Of a DNA stretch of 64,000 bases, positions 35,948-44,985 are shown in pieces; within the stretch, counting starts at the first letter, position 1, and each line of letters opens with the position of its first letter. A program made the translations under genes and the position numbers. The notes under the pieces are model-generated. The model was not told the origin of the DNA. It saw nothing but the letters and a program-made list of their open reading frames with translations, and ran no database searches. This DNA is from Candidatus Bathyarchaeia archaeon (GTDB lineage: Archaea > Thermoproteota > Bathyarchaeia > Bathyarchaeales > Bathycorpusculaceae): assembly GCA_037481775.1 (NCBI GenBank), contig JBBFKZ010000001.1, positions 151,150-215,149 of the forward strand, written 5' to 3'.

Positions 35948-35970
35948 AAAAAAGAAAAGAGAAATGAGAA

Positions 35971-37425
35971 TTATTCTGTATGTACTCGGAATAGGTCGAT
36001 GTCTTCGCGCATTGCTGGTGTTAGCTCTAAGAATTCTCTGACTGCCCGCTCCACGTCTTTCGCTTGTGTTACGTATCTTCCAACGATAATGACGTCCGCG
36101 CCTTTCTCCAACGCCTCTTTTGCAGTTTCCGGTACTATTCCACCTGCGACGGCTATTAGAAATCGTTTGTCCGGGAAGGTTTGGCGCAGTTTCGGTATCA
36201 GATCCAGCCCAAGGGTTTTCCCTGTTTCCTGATCTATTCCTCTGTGGATTACAATCATGTCTGGAAACTCTTTAAGCTGCTTAAGCTTTCCAATGGGGTC
36301 TTCCACGTTCAGCATGTCCACAACACCGTAGATGCCAAGTCGTCTTGCTTCGTGCACAAAAGCGTCTAATGTTTCAGGCGGCGCCAGACCGGCGGCAACC
36401 ACCGCGTCGGCCGTGTCCTCGTAGGCTATGTCAACTTCAACTTTTCCAACATCCAAAGTCTTCAAGTCAGCAATCATAAACGCGTCTTTGGCAACCTGCC
36501 GTAGCTCGTTTATCACGCGGGTTCCGTAACGTTTGATTAATGGCGTCCCAACTTCGATGATTATTCTGTCGCTTCCAGGCATCTGAGAGAGAACCTTCTT
36601 AGCCTTATCCAGTTCTGGTGGGTCAAGCGAAATCTGCAGGTAAGGCGGTCTCCACAAGCGCGGAACCTTGAAGCCCATTATCGGGTGCTTAGCGCGGTCT
36701 TTCTCGTAGAGCATCTTGTCAAGCGAAGGATACTTATTTAAGGCTCTGCGTAGCGCCAGCTTTGTTGCGCCATAATTGTACTGGTATATCTTGCGATAAT
36801 CGCTTGCCTGAGGATGAATAAAGACGCTGCATATGATCACCCAGTCATCCACCTTCTCCCTTGGAATGATGCCCTCCTCCACCGCGTCCGCAACTGCCTT
36901 TGCAACCGCAGCTTGGGCTGGACCGAAAATTTTCCCAGCATCCTCCATGTTCTTCACAGTAACCTTCGGCACAAGCAGCGTGTGCGGCTTAGGCGGAAGA
37001 TTCGGCCGAATAACCGACAGCAAAGGCGTGTGCCCTGCTGAAAGATTCGACAAACTGGTAGCGAAAGCTTGCCCAACAGGCCCGTTTTTGTCGCCTATTA
37101 GGAGATCTATATGCGCTACCTCGCTTCCTTCTCCCAAGAGGGCTTCGCCAATCAGGTATGTAGGCCCTGATTCTTCGACACATTCATCCGTGAACGGCAT
37201 CGGTATGCGGTTCACAATGTCTTTAAAGTCGACATTGAACTCTTTAAGCCAAGTGTAAAGAGTATCTCGGTGTATATTAAGCTCCTTTGCGGTGCCTGCA
37301 ACTGTCGGTCTTGTCGGTTTCTGTCCCTGCGAAAGTCTGCGTTCAACTTCTTTTTTAGCGGCTTCCGTCACAAGTTTTATGAAATCGTCTTTTGTTTCAG
37401 GCTTTTTAGTGTCTATATCCGACAT
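35971..37425 (-). CDS. fae-hps: Bifunctional formaldehyde-activating enzyme / 3-hexulose-6-phosphate synthase (Fae-Hps) with in-frame N-terminal HTH extension
   Basis: Fae part 'LIGEALLGEGSEVAHIDLLIGDKNGPVGQAF'. Hps part 'LQISLDPPELDKAKKVL...IIEVGTPLIKRYG'. Residues upstream of 'MPFTDEC' (ATG 37200) encode 'TVAGTAKELNIHRDTLYTWLKEF'. ATG 37425 has GAGG and a TTATATA box upstream. The track ORF extends to GTG 37503. Confidence 0.8.
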   Translation of the reverse strand: MSDIDTKKPETKDDFIKLVTEAAKKEVERRLSQGQKPTRPTVAGTAKELNIHRDTLYTWLKEFNVDFKDIVNRIPMPFTDECVEESGPTYLIGEALLGEGSEVAHIDLLIGDKNGPVGQAFATSLSNLSAGHTPLLSVIRPNLPPKPHTLLVPKVTVKNMEDAGKIFGPAQAAVAKAVADAVEEGIIPREKVDDWVIICSVFIHPQASDYRKIYQYNYGATKLALRRALNKYPSLDKMLYEKDRAKHPIMGFKVPRLWRPPYLQISLDPPELDKAKKVLSQMPGSDRIIIEVGTPLIKRYGTRVINELRQVAKDAFMIADLKTLDVGKVEVDIAYEDTADAVVAAGLAPPETLDAFVHEARRLGIYGVVDMLNVEDPIGKLKQLKEFPDMIVIHRGIDQETGKTLGLDLIPKLRQTFPDKRFLIAVAGGIVPETAKEALEKGADVIIVGRYVTQAKDVERAVREFLELTPAMREDIDLFRVHTE

Positions 37426-37724
37426 TTCTGTCGCCTCTGCGTCTGTATAGCGAGACGTGTATATAAGAATGTCGGAGCAAAACAATTGTTTCAACGAGAG
37501 CACAGCTGTTTTTTCTGAAATTCTGTCGGCTAAGAAGTTGATTGTTAAGGCATAACACTTTTGGTTTAAAGAAACTGCTCCTGCATTGGGCTGATATCTG
37601 TGTGCATTCGTGCGCTGCGCGCTCTGTAAGTGTATAAGCGGTTAGCGCTAAAATTTAATAGTCCCTTAGATTTAGCGGTACATCTATATCTCCGCGTGTA
37701 CTCTGTGTTAGCAAATATTCAACG

Positions 37725-37925
37725 GTGTCCTGTATGTTTAGGCTTAATTGGGTGTGTTTAAGCTTGATCTTGCTTGGTTTTGTGCTTTTTCTTTACGGCG
37801 CTAACTTCTACGACGCAATAGTTGGCTGGCTGGGCGTTTTCGTCATTCTTGGAGGTGCACTTGCGCTTCTTCTTTTATACATTTATTGCGAGTTAAAGAA
37901 ACAAGGATCTGTTCAGAAGCCGTAG
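37725..37925 (+). CDS. Small two-TM membrane protein (hypothetical)
   Basis: 66 aa with two hydrophobic helices and a C-terminal 'ELKKQGSVQKP'. Overlaps the 3' end of the convergent peptidase gene by 13 nt. Confidence 0.35.
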   Translation: MSCMFRLNWVCLSLILLGFVLFLYGANFYDAIVGWLGVFVILGGALALLLLYIYCELKKQGSVQKP

Positions 37926-39448
37926 AGTCCACTGTACTTTTCTTCTAAATACCGCAAGTAAGGCTCAGCGTCCAGTTTTCTTCCAGTTACTTTAGTTATC
38001 AAGTCTGGCGGGTCATACAAGGCGCCATGTGAATGAACGTTTTTAGCAAGCCATGCTATGATGTCTTTCGCGTTGCCCTGTGCAAGTTGGCTTCGCCAAT
38101 CTTTTATATCGCTGGCTAAAGCGGCGAGCAGCTGCCCACTGTAGATGTTGCCTAAAGCGTAGCTTGGGAAGTAGCCGTAGTACCCGCTTGCCCAATGCGT
38201 ATCTTGCATCACTCCTTCAGAGTCATTTTCAATTTTCAAGCCAAGAAGCTCCTCGTACTTTTGATTCCATACCTCTGGCAGCTGACTAACTTCGACTTTG
38301 TTTCCGAACAGGTCCTTCTCAATTTGGAATCGAATTATTATGTGAAGGCAATAGGTTACCTCGTCGGCTTCCACGCGAATCTTTGAGGGCTTAACCTCGT
38401 TTATAGCGTGCACAAACGGGTCTAACTCAAGATGCGCTAGGCTCGAGCCAGCTATTGCTTTCAGCTTAGGTAGGAAGCTAATCCAGAATTCTCTGGAGCG
38501 CCCTACAATGTTTTCCACGAAGCGGGATTGAGATTCATGTATACCATAAGAGCAGCTTGCGCCGACAGGCTGGTATTTCCATTCTCTCGGCAGTCCCTGC
38601 TCGTACAATGCGTGTCCAGTTTCATGAAGCACCGAGAAGATTGAAGATGCGAATTCTTCAGGGTAATAGTGTGTTGTAATTCTCACATCGTCATAATATC
38701 CCGTGGTGAAGGGATGCTCCGTTTCATCGATGCGCCCAGCGGCATCCGACGAGCTAACATCGTAGCCCATTGCCTCTGCAAGAGCTTTCGCGATTTGCCG
38801 CTGCGCTTCAATTGGAACATTGCATTTAAGCACCGCTGTATTCGGCTGGTTTGGCGCATTCTGAATCTTCCTAAGCAGAGCAACTAGCCCCTTTTGAAGC
38901 TGCTCAAAAATAGGCGCGATTGCCGCAGCGGTCATTTTAGGCTCAAAAATATCTATAAGCGCATCATAGGGTGTTGCTGTTGCCTTGACTTTCATGAGAA
39001 TTTCTGCTTTTTCCCGGTTAAGCTCCACAAGTTTCTGCAGCTCAGGCTGAAGCAGGCTGAAGCATTTTGCAGCTTTTGCTTTTTTCCAACTGTTCACTGT
39101 TAACGCTTGCTGCTTGGCGATTTCTGCAACAAGCTTTTCCGGCAGCTGAGTTTGCTCATCATAATTTTTCTTGATAAGATAGACATTCCGCTTTTCTACC
39201 TCAGTTAAAGTGTCATATTGTGGGCTTGCGAGTATTTCGTTTAAGAGCTTTCCAATTTCTGGTGAAGTGCTCATCTTATGGCTGATGCGGCTTAACAGCG
39301 CAAGCTGCTGGCTCCGCTGCTCGATGCCCCTAGGCGGCATCATGGTTTCCATGTCCCAGTGAATTATGGCTTCAGCGGATTGCAGAACAATCAAGTCTTT
39401 GGCTAATTCAAGCAGCTTTTTATATGCTAAGTGCACTTCGGATGCCAT
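37913..39448 (-). CDS. M32 carboxypeptidase (carboxypeptidase Taq family)
   Basis: 511 aa. 'HETGHALYEQG' (HExxH) and 'HESQSRFVEN' motifs. Confidence 0.85.
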   Translation of the reverse strand: MASEVHLAYKKLLELAKDLIVLQSAEAIIHWDMETMMPPRGIEQRSQQLALLSRISHKMSTSPEIGKLLNEILASPQYDTLTEVEKRNVYLIKKNYDEQTQLPEKLVAEIAKQQALTVNSWKKAKAAKCFSLLQPELQKLVELNREKAEILMKVKATATPYDALIDIFEPKMTAAAIAPIFEQLQKGLVALLRKIQNAPNQPNTAVLKCNVPIEAQRQIAKALAEAMGYDVSSSDAAGRIDETEHPFTTGYYDDVRITTHYYPEEFASSIFSVLHETGHALYEQGLPREWKYQPVGASCSYGIHESQSRFVENIVGRSREFWISFLPKLKAIAGSSLAHLELDPFVHAINEVKPSKIRVEADEVTYCLHIIIRFQIEKDLFGNKVEVSQLPEVWNQKYEELLGLKIENDSEGVMQDTHWASGYYGYFPSYALGNIYSGQLLAALASDIKDWRSQLAQGNAKDIIAWLAKNVHSHGALYDPPDLITKVTGRKLDAEPYLRYLEEKYSGLYGF

Positions 39449-39599
39449 TTTTTTGTTTGTCTCCTGTTGTGCTTCTTTTAGCGAGCGCTTGCAAGAAAAG
39501 ACTTGTGTTTCTAAATGAGGCTGCAGCGGTTGGCGCCTAATGTTGAACGTCGGTAAATCTTAATAACGGCTCGTGTAATCTGTTTTTGTGTGGTGTGGA

Positions 39600-39872
39600 A
39601 TGAAACGGAAGTTGATGGAGATACTGGCTTGCCCCATAGACAAGCATCACCCGCTTGAGCTTTATGTTTTCGAAGAAAAAGATGAGATAACTGAGGGTTT
39701 GATTGTCTGCCCTAAGTGTCTTCGGTGGTATCCGATACGAGATGAAATTCCCGAGATGTTGCCTGATGAGCTGCGGAAAGAAACTGAAGATTTGCCGTTT
39801 TTGAAGAAATGGCGAGAAAAAATTCCTGAAAAAATAGTTTTCGAAGGTAAACCTTTTAGTCTGAAACGGTAA
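39600..39872 (+). CDS. Trm112-like zinc-ribbon protein
   Basis: 'MKRKLMEILACPIDKHHPLEL...LIVCPKCLRWYPIRDEIPEMLPDE'. ATG 39600 has GGTG upstream. The track ORF starts at GTG 39588. Confidence 0.7.
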   Translation: MKRKLMEILACPIDKHHPLELYVFEEKDEITEGLIVCPKCLRWYPIRDEIPEMLPDELRKETEDLPFLKKWREKIPEKIVFEGKPFSLKR

Positions 39873-39880
39873 GAAGCGTT

Positions 39881-40828
39881 TTACTCCAGTTTTATTGCTT
39901 TATTCTTTGCTGAGGAGCGTAAGGCTGCTTCCGCGATCTCCAGCGCCTTTAAGCCGTCCACACCGGTTATCAGCGGCTTCTTCTTCGCTAGTATGCAATC
40001 GGCGAAGTGCTGCAACTCGAGTTTTAAGGGCTCCTGCCAAGCGTATCTCGGCATTAAAGTTGCTTTTTGATCCTCAATCCATAATTCCTGCGTCATGTAA
40101 TCAAGCCGCATTATGGCGTTGCTGCCCGTGACTGTGAGCAGCCGCGTTTTATACGGCGTTAACCAGTTAGATTCTATAAACGCGCTTTTTCCATCTTTGT
40201 AGGTAAGCATTATCTGCGCGTAATCCTCAAACTTTCTGTGCATCATGCTTCCTGTTTTTGCGTAAACCATGATGGGCTCCTCATCGAATATGAAACGCAT
40301 AACATCTATGTCATGTATTGCCGTGTCTTTAACTACGCCTACATCGCCTATCCTCTCAGGCCACTGAGAAAACCGCTTTGCAGTTGCACATACAAGTTCG
40401 CCGATTTCCTTTTTCTCCACCGCTCTTCTAATGTGCTGCAGCCCAGGAATAAACCTCATCAAAAAGCCAACTGTCAAGTGCAAGCCGTTTTTCTCGGCTG
40501 TTTCCAGAAGCGTTTTCGCCTGCTTCGTGTTCGCAGCCATGGGCTTCTCGACTAAGACATGCTTTCCAGCGTTAAGCGCCTTCAAGGCCTCCTTCGCAAG
40601 CATGGTTGACCATGTGCATACGCTTACGGCTTCAATATCCTCATTTTTCAGCATTTTCGCGCTATTCGTGTATGCTTTGATGCCATACTGTCTGGCTATG
40701 CTTTTTGCTCTTTCAGCGTTTACGTCGCAAACAGCCACCAACTCTGTGGATTCAATCTCTTTATAGGCGCGCGCATGATTTTTTCCCCAGCCTCCTACGC
40801 CTATTACCGCTACGCCCAGCTTTCTCAT
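39881..40828 (-). CDS. Gfo/Idh/MocA-family NAD-dependent sugar oxidoreductase (WbpB-like candidate)
   Basis: 315 aa. 'LGVAVIGVGGWGKNHARAY' Rossmann N-terminus and 'VLVEKPMA' motif. 4-nt overlap with the upstream dehydrogenase gene. Confidence 0.7.
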   Translation of the reverse strand: MRKLGVAVIGVGGWGKNHARAYKEIESTELVAVCDVNAERAKSIARQYGIKAYTNSAKMLKNEDIEAVSVCTWSTMLAKEALKALNAGKHVLVEKPMAANTKQAKTLLETAEKNGLHLTVGFLMRFIPGLQHIRRAVEKKEIGELVCATAKRFSQWPERIGDVGVVKDTAIHDIDVMRFIFDEEPIMVYAKTGSMMHRKFEDYAQIMLTYKDGKSAFIESNWLTPYKTRLLTVTGSNAIMRLDYMTQELWIEDQKATLMPRYAWQEPLKLELQHFADCILAKKKPLITGVDGLKALEIAEAALRSSAKNKAIKLE

Positions 40829-42180
40829 CTATTTCTTACTCCTCGACCTAACCCACGATATATGAACCCTTCTTTTTCAACTTTTTGTGTTTCAATCACG
40901 CCTGCCAAATCAACCAAAGCCGGAGGCGCCTTCATAACTGCATATAGCTTTTTGAGATTTAGACGTTTAAAAACGTCCAGCGGGCTAATTATCATTATGC
41001 AGTCTGCGCCTTCTGCAGCTTCAATTAAACTTTTTTTAAGCATACGCGACCCACTTGCCTGCTCATATACTGAAGGCACGGGGTCATAGAGGTTCAGCTT
41101 CGCGCCTTTCTTTTCCAGCATATGCACAAGTTTTTCCGCCGCCGTCTGAGGCTGAAAGTTGCCCAGCAAAGCAATTCGCGCTCTTCTTAATGTTTTCCCA
41201 CAGCCGTGCAGCGCATCTTGCGCCAAGTTGACTGCGTGACTTGCCATCTGCTCATTGATTTGCCTAGCAAGTCCCGGCAACCGAAGCTTGACTGTTAGGT
41301 TTTCGGCGTTTTCAAGCAGAAGGTACGCGCCATCTCGGCAGTTTTCCTCAGCAATCGTCGGTGAGAAACCTGTATCTTGCAGGCCTGCGGCTTTTATAGT
41401 TTCAATGTAATCTATGCCTGCGCTTTCACAGAAAATAGCTAATTCGTTAGCTAATGCCATGTGTGCATCTTTTTTTGCGATGGCAAAGAGCGTAGCGGCC
41501 TCAGCAGTTTTTATGTCACTTATCTTGTGTACAGCTTTTTCAGTTACGGTTTCTAAGACTTTTGAAGCGGAGTCTAAGCTGTTTTTGTCTACGGCAGCTA
41601 TCTTTAACTCTTGGTCTCTAATTGTGACAGACCTTTGGCTGTGTGGAATATAAATGGGGTTGTAGGCAAAACCTAGTGAATCGCCCACTTTGAACCCTGA
41701 GGTGTTCTCCAAAAGCTTTTTGATGACGCCTTCTGTAACACCGAACCCTGTTATGCCCGCGTAAATGACCAATGTGTCCCTATGTAGGGCTACACCAACC
41801 TGTTTGCATATCTTCTCTATTTCTGAGTAATCTGCTCTTTTCTTATCATCAAATTTTACTGGAATTGCTATAAGTATTATGTCACTCTGAGAAACCGCAC
41901 TTTTTAAATCGCTTGTGGCGCTTATCTGCCCTGTTTTTGCAAAGCGTTTCAATTTAATCTCTGCTTCGCGGGCCACGTAGGGCACGTTGCCCTTCGCTAT
42001 GCTCTTAATCACGCTCTGGTCTAAATCTGTGCATATAACTCTGTAGCCTGCTTCAGCGAAGGCAACAGCATAAAGAATGCCTGTTTGCCCGCAACCCACC
42101 ACGCTTACCATGTATGCTTGACGCTTTTCAGCTGTGTCTATTTCTTCGGGTTTCAAATGTAGAATCGCGGGCATCAGCAC
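40825..42180 (-). CDS. UDP-sugar 6-dehydrogenase family protein (UDP-GlcNAc/ManNAc dehydrogenase-like)
   Basis: 451 aa. 'VSVVGCGQTGILYAVAFAEAGYRV' Rossmann N-terminus. Three-domain length typical of the UDP-glucose/GDP-mannose dehydrogenase family. Confidence 0.7.
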   Translation of the reverse strand: MLMPAILHLKPEEIDTAEKRQAYMVSVVGCGQTGILYAVAFAEAGYRVICTDLDQSVIKSIAKGNVPYVAREAEIKLKRFAKTGQISATSDLKSAVSQSDIILIAIPVKFDDKKRADYSEIEKICKQVGVALHRDTLVIYAGITGFGVTEGVIKKLLENTSGFKVGDSLGFAYNPIYIPHSQRSVTIRDQELKIAAVDKNSLDSASKVLETVTEKAVHKISDIKTAEAATLFAIAKKDAHMALANELAIFCESAGIDYIETIKAAGLQDTGFSPTIAEENCRDGAYLLLENAENLTVKLRLPGLARQINEQMASHAVNLAQDALHGCGKTLRRARIALLGNFQPQTAAEKLVHMLEKKGAKLNLYDPVPSVYEQASGSRMLKKSLIEAAEGADCIMIISPLDVFKRLNLKKLYAVMKAPPALVDLAGVIETQKVEKEGFIYRGLGRGVRNR

Positions 42181-42203
42181 GTGTTCTCCAAAAGTTTACT
42201 TAT

Positions 42204-43571
42204 TTAAAGGGTTTTGAGGATTTTTTCAAGCTTCAGACTATACTCTTCAACTAGCTTCCGTGCTTTCTCTGGGCTTTTCGCTTCCGCGTATAACCTATAA
42301 ATTGGTTCAGTTCCGCTGGGTCTTATCAGAATGGAGCTTTTATCCTCAAACCATATTTTTACGCCGTCAATGGTGCTTATGTTTAAGCCTTGCACTTGAC
42401 CAAGCAGTTTTTGAAGTACTTTGTCTTTTTTGTCTTCTGGGCACTCAATCTTTCCTTTTTCAATGAAATACTGTGGTTGCTCTGCAATCAACTGCGAAAG
42501 CGTCTTGCCTGCTTTAGCCATTATCTCCAGGATTAGGGCAGTTGTCATCGAGCCGTCGCGAACCGCTTGGTGTGGACCGTAAAAAACTCCGCCGTTTTCT
42601 TCACCGCCCAGCTTCGCTTTTATTGCTTTCATCGTTTGAGAAACCGTTACGCTTCCAACCTTGGTCCAAACTATTTCGCCACTATAGGCGTCGGCAACAT
42701 CCTTTACAAGCGTTGAGGAACTGACCGGCGTGACTATCTTTTCATTTGGGTTTCTAATGAGAAACTCTTTTTCAATCAACGCGAAGGTCTTGTCGCCCCA
42801 GTGAATTTCTCCCTTTTCGTCTACAAATATGGCTCGGTCAGCGTCTCCGTCAAATGCAACGCCTAAATCCGCGTCCACAGCCCGCACAATCCTCGCAAGC
42901 TCTGTTAGGTTTTCTGGGCGCGGCTCCGGCATTCTGCCCGGAAAAGTTCCGTCAATATTAGCGTTAATCGTGGTGACTTTACAGTTTAATTCACGTAGAA
43001 GACGCGGCGCTGCAAGACTGCCAACGCTATTAGCTGTGTCCACTACAACATGAATTTTTTTTCTTGCTATCTCAGAAACATCCACGTGTTTCTTTATTGC
43101 TTCGATGTACTCGTCATTTACTGTTGGCAATTCATGCGTAGCGCCCAGTTTATTCCATTCAGCAAATACTTGCTTGCCTTCAAAATAGATTTTCTCTATT
43201 TCAATTTCCTGCTCGTGAGAAATTTCTATGCCATCTTTCCAGATGACTTTTATGCCGTTATATTCAGGTGGGTTGTGCGACGCCGTTATTATTACGCCAC
43301 CGTCCATGCAATGATTTTTTATCGCATATTGCAGTGCAGGAGTTGGCGCCATCCCCGCGAAATACACGTTGCAGCCAGTGGCTACTAAGCTGGCGGTGAC
43401 TGCCTTAGCAAACATTGGGCCGCTGGTTCTAGCGTCATGTCCCAGTAGCAGGTTTTTCTTTTTGAAGAAAGTTCCGATGGCTGAGCCTATTTTCACTGCC
43501 ATTTCAGGAGTTAATTCCTTGTTTGTTAATCCGCGGATGCCGTTTGTCCCGAAAAGCTTGTTTGCACCCAT
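42204..43571 (-). CDS. glmM: Phosphoglucosamine mutase / phosphohexomutase
   Basis: 455 aa. Phosphoserine loop 'TASHNPPEYNGIK'. Metal loop 'GVAFDGDADR'. Confidence 0.85.
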   Translation of the reverse strand: MGANKLFGTNGIRGLTNKELTPEMAVKIGSAIGTFFKKKNLLLGHDARTSGPMFAKAVTASLVATGCNVYFAGMAPTPALQYAIKNHCMDGGVIITASHNPPEYNGIKVIWKDGIEISHEQEIEIEKIYFEGKQVFAEWNKLGATHELPTVNDEYIEAIKKHVDVSEIARKKIHVVVDTANSVGSLAAPRLLRELNCKVTTINANIDGTFPGRMPEPRPENLTELARIVRAVDADLGVAFDGDADRAIFVDEKGEIHWGDKTFALIEKEFLIRNPNEKIVTPVSSSTLVKDVADAYSGEIVWTKVGSVTVSQTMKAIKAKLGGEENGGVFYGPHQAVRDGSMTTALILEIMAKAGKTLSQLIAEQPQYFIEKGKIECPEDKKDKVLQKLLGQVQGLNISTIDGVKIWFEDKSSILIRPSGTEPIYRLYAEAKSPEKARKLVEEYSLKLEKILKTL

Positions 43572-43591
43572 TCTTGAGTCTCCCGTTCTGT

Positions 43592-44680
43592 TTAAAAGAT
43601 AATATTGGCTCTTAAATGGTTTTCAGAAACTTCTTTAGCTGGGCAAACTGCTGTTCCTTCCGCAAGTGAGACGCCGTCTTTGATTTTCGCTTGATCGGCT
43701 ACAATGCAGCCCATGCTGATTTTGGCTTTTTTCCCTATAGTGACGGCTTCACCTATAATCGCACCCTCTATCATTGTGTAGTCATCTATTTGCGCATCTG
43801 GAAAAATTACCGAATCGCGTATTTGCACGTTTTTCCCAACGATAACGTTTTTCCCCAGTATCGCGTATGGTCCTATCACAGAGTTTTCGCCAATAGAAAT
43901 CCCCTTGTCTAAAGCCACGGGTTGCCTAATTTCGAACTTGCCTGCCGCGCATACTTTTTGAGTTTTGGCAAGTGTATCGAGAATAATTTTGTTCGTCTGC
44001 AAGTACTCCTCTGGCTTGCCAATGTCTTTCCACACCCCACTAATGACATGCCCATAAAGTTTGCCTTCTCCCGCCAATTTCGGAAAGACCTCTCGCTCCA
44101 TCGATACTGCTCTCCCTTTTGGAATATAACTTAGGACCTTCGGGCTGAGCACGTAAATCCCCGCGTTTATCAAGTTGGTCGGCGCTGTGCCCTTTGCTGG
44201 TTTTTCAACGAATCTCTTCACGAGCCCTTCCTTCGTAATTTCGGCTACTCCGTATCTGCTTGGGTCTTCAACTTCGCAGAGAGCAATTGTGGCTAAAGCG
44301 TTGGTTTCTCTGTGGTTCGCTACTATTTCTTCATAGTTGACATATGCGAATATGTCGCCGTTTAAAACTAGGAACGGCTCTGCGTTGTCTAGTAGCTTTT
44401 CAGCCTTTTTTATTGGCCCTGCTGTTCCAAGCGGCGTTTTAGGTGGATCAATGGAGTATCTTATCCGTAATCCGCTTTTTGGGATTCGCTGCTTTTTAAT
44501 GTAGAATTCTGTTTGCATATTAACTGCTAATATCGCATCTTTGATGTCGCTTCGCGCAAGTTGCTCGAAAATCCATTGAAGCAAAGGCTTGTTAACTATC
44601 GGAAACAAAGTTTTAGGTCTTGTGCAGCTCAGCGGTCTCAATCTGGTGCCGAATCCACCTGCAAGGATTAAAGCCTTCAA
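43592..44680 (-). CDS. Sugar-1-phosphate nucleotidylyltransferase with C-terminal left-handed beta-helix (archaeal GlmU-like bifunctional candidate)
   Basis: TTG start. 'MKALILAGGFGTRLRPLSCTRPK'. C-terminal hexapeptide repeats 'IGENSVIGPYAILGKNVIVGKNVQIRDSVI'. Confidence 0.8.
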   Translation of the reverse strand: MKALILAGGFGTRLRPLSCTRPKTLFPIVNKPLLQWIFEQLARSDIKDAILAVNMQTEFYIKKQRIPKSGLRIRYSIDPPKTPLGTAGPIKKAEKLLDNAEPFLVLNGDIFAYVNYEEIVANHRETNALATIALCEVEDPSRYGVAEITKEGLVKRFVEKPAKGTAPTNLINAGIYVLSPKVLSYIPKGRAVSMEREVFPKLAGEGKLYGHVISGVWKDIGKPEEYLQTNKIILDTLAKTQKVCAAGKFEIRQPVALDKGISIGENSVIGPYAILGKNVIVGKNVQIRDSVIFPDAQIDDYTMIEGAIIGEAVTIGKKAKISMGCIVADQAKIKDGVSLAEGTAVCPAKEVSENHLRANIIF

Positions 44681-44985
44681 TCAACGTCACCCTTTAAAGG
44701 GGATTATACTATCTGTATGTTTTAATATAAACAGTTATGGCGGAAAATTGCCAGCGTACTGCAAAAGCTAAAGATTCAGTCCCGTACTCCTCCTATAAAT
44801 AGGCGATTTTGATTTAGCCCAAAATTTTTTAGTGATAATTTTTGTCGCTTAATCATCTTTATTTGTTTATTGAACTAAGAGGAAACAGCTGAACATTGCA
44901 TGTTGAATATAACCTGCTGGTTTTCGATTAAAATACTGCGTTACGGTTATATGTTGCTGGTGTAAAACAGAAGGGGAGAACGCCT

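Noticed and set aside
36814-37258. Plus-strand ORFs (36814..37041, 36833..37258) and similar ones opposite fae-hps, polB (32377..32709), AOR, thrS and glmM.
   Set aside because: All are antisense to motif-supported genes, have skewed low-complexity composition, and leave no room for promoters.
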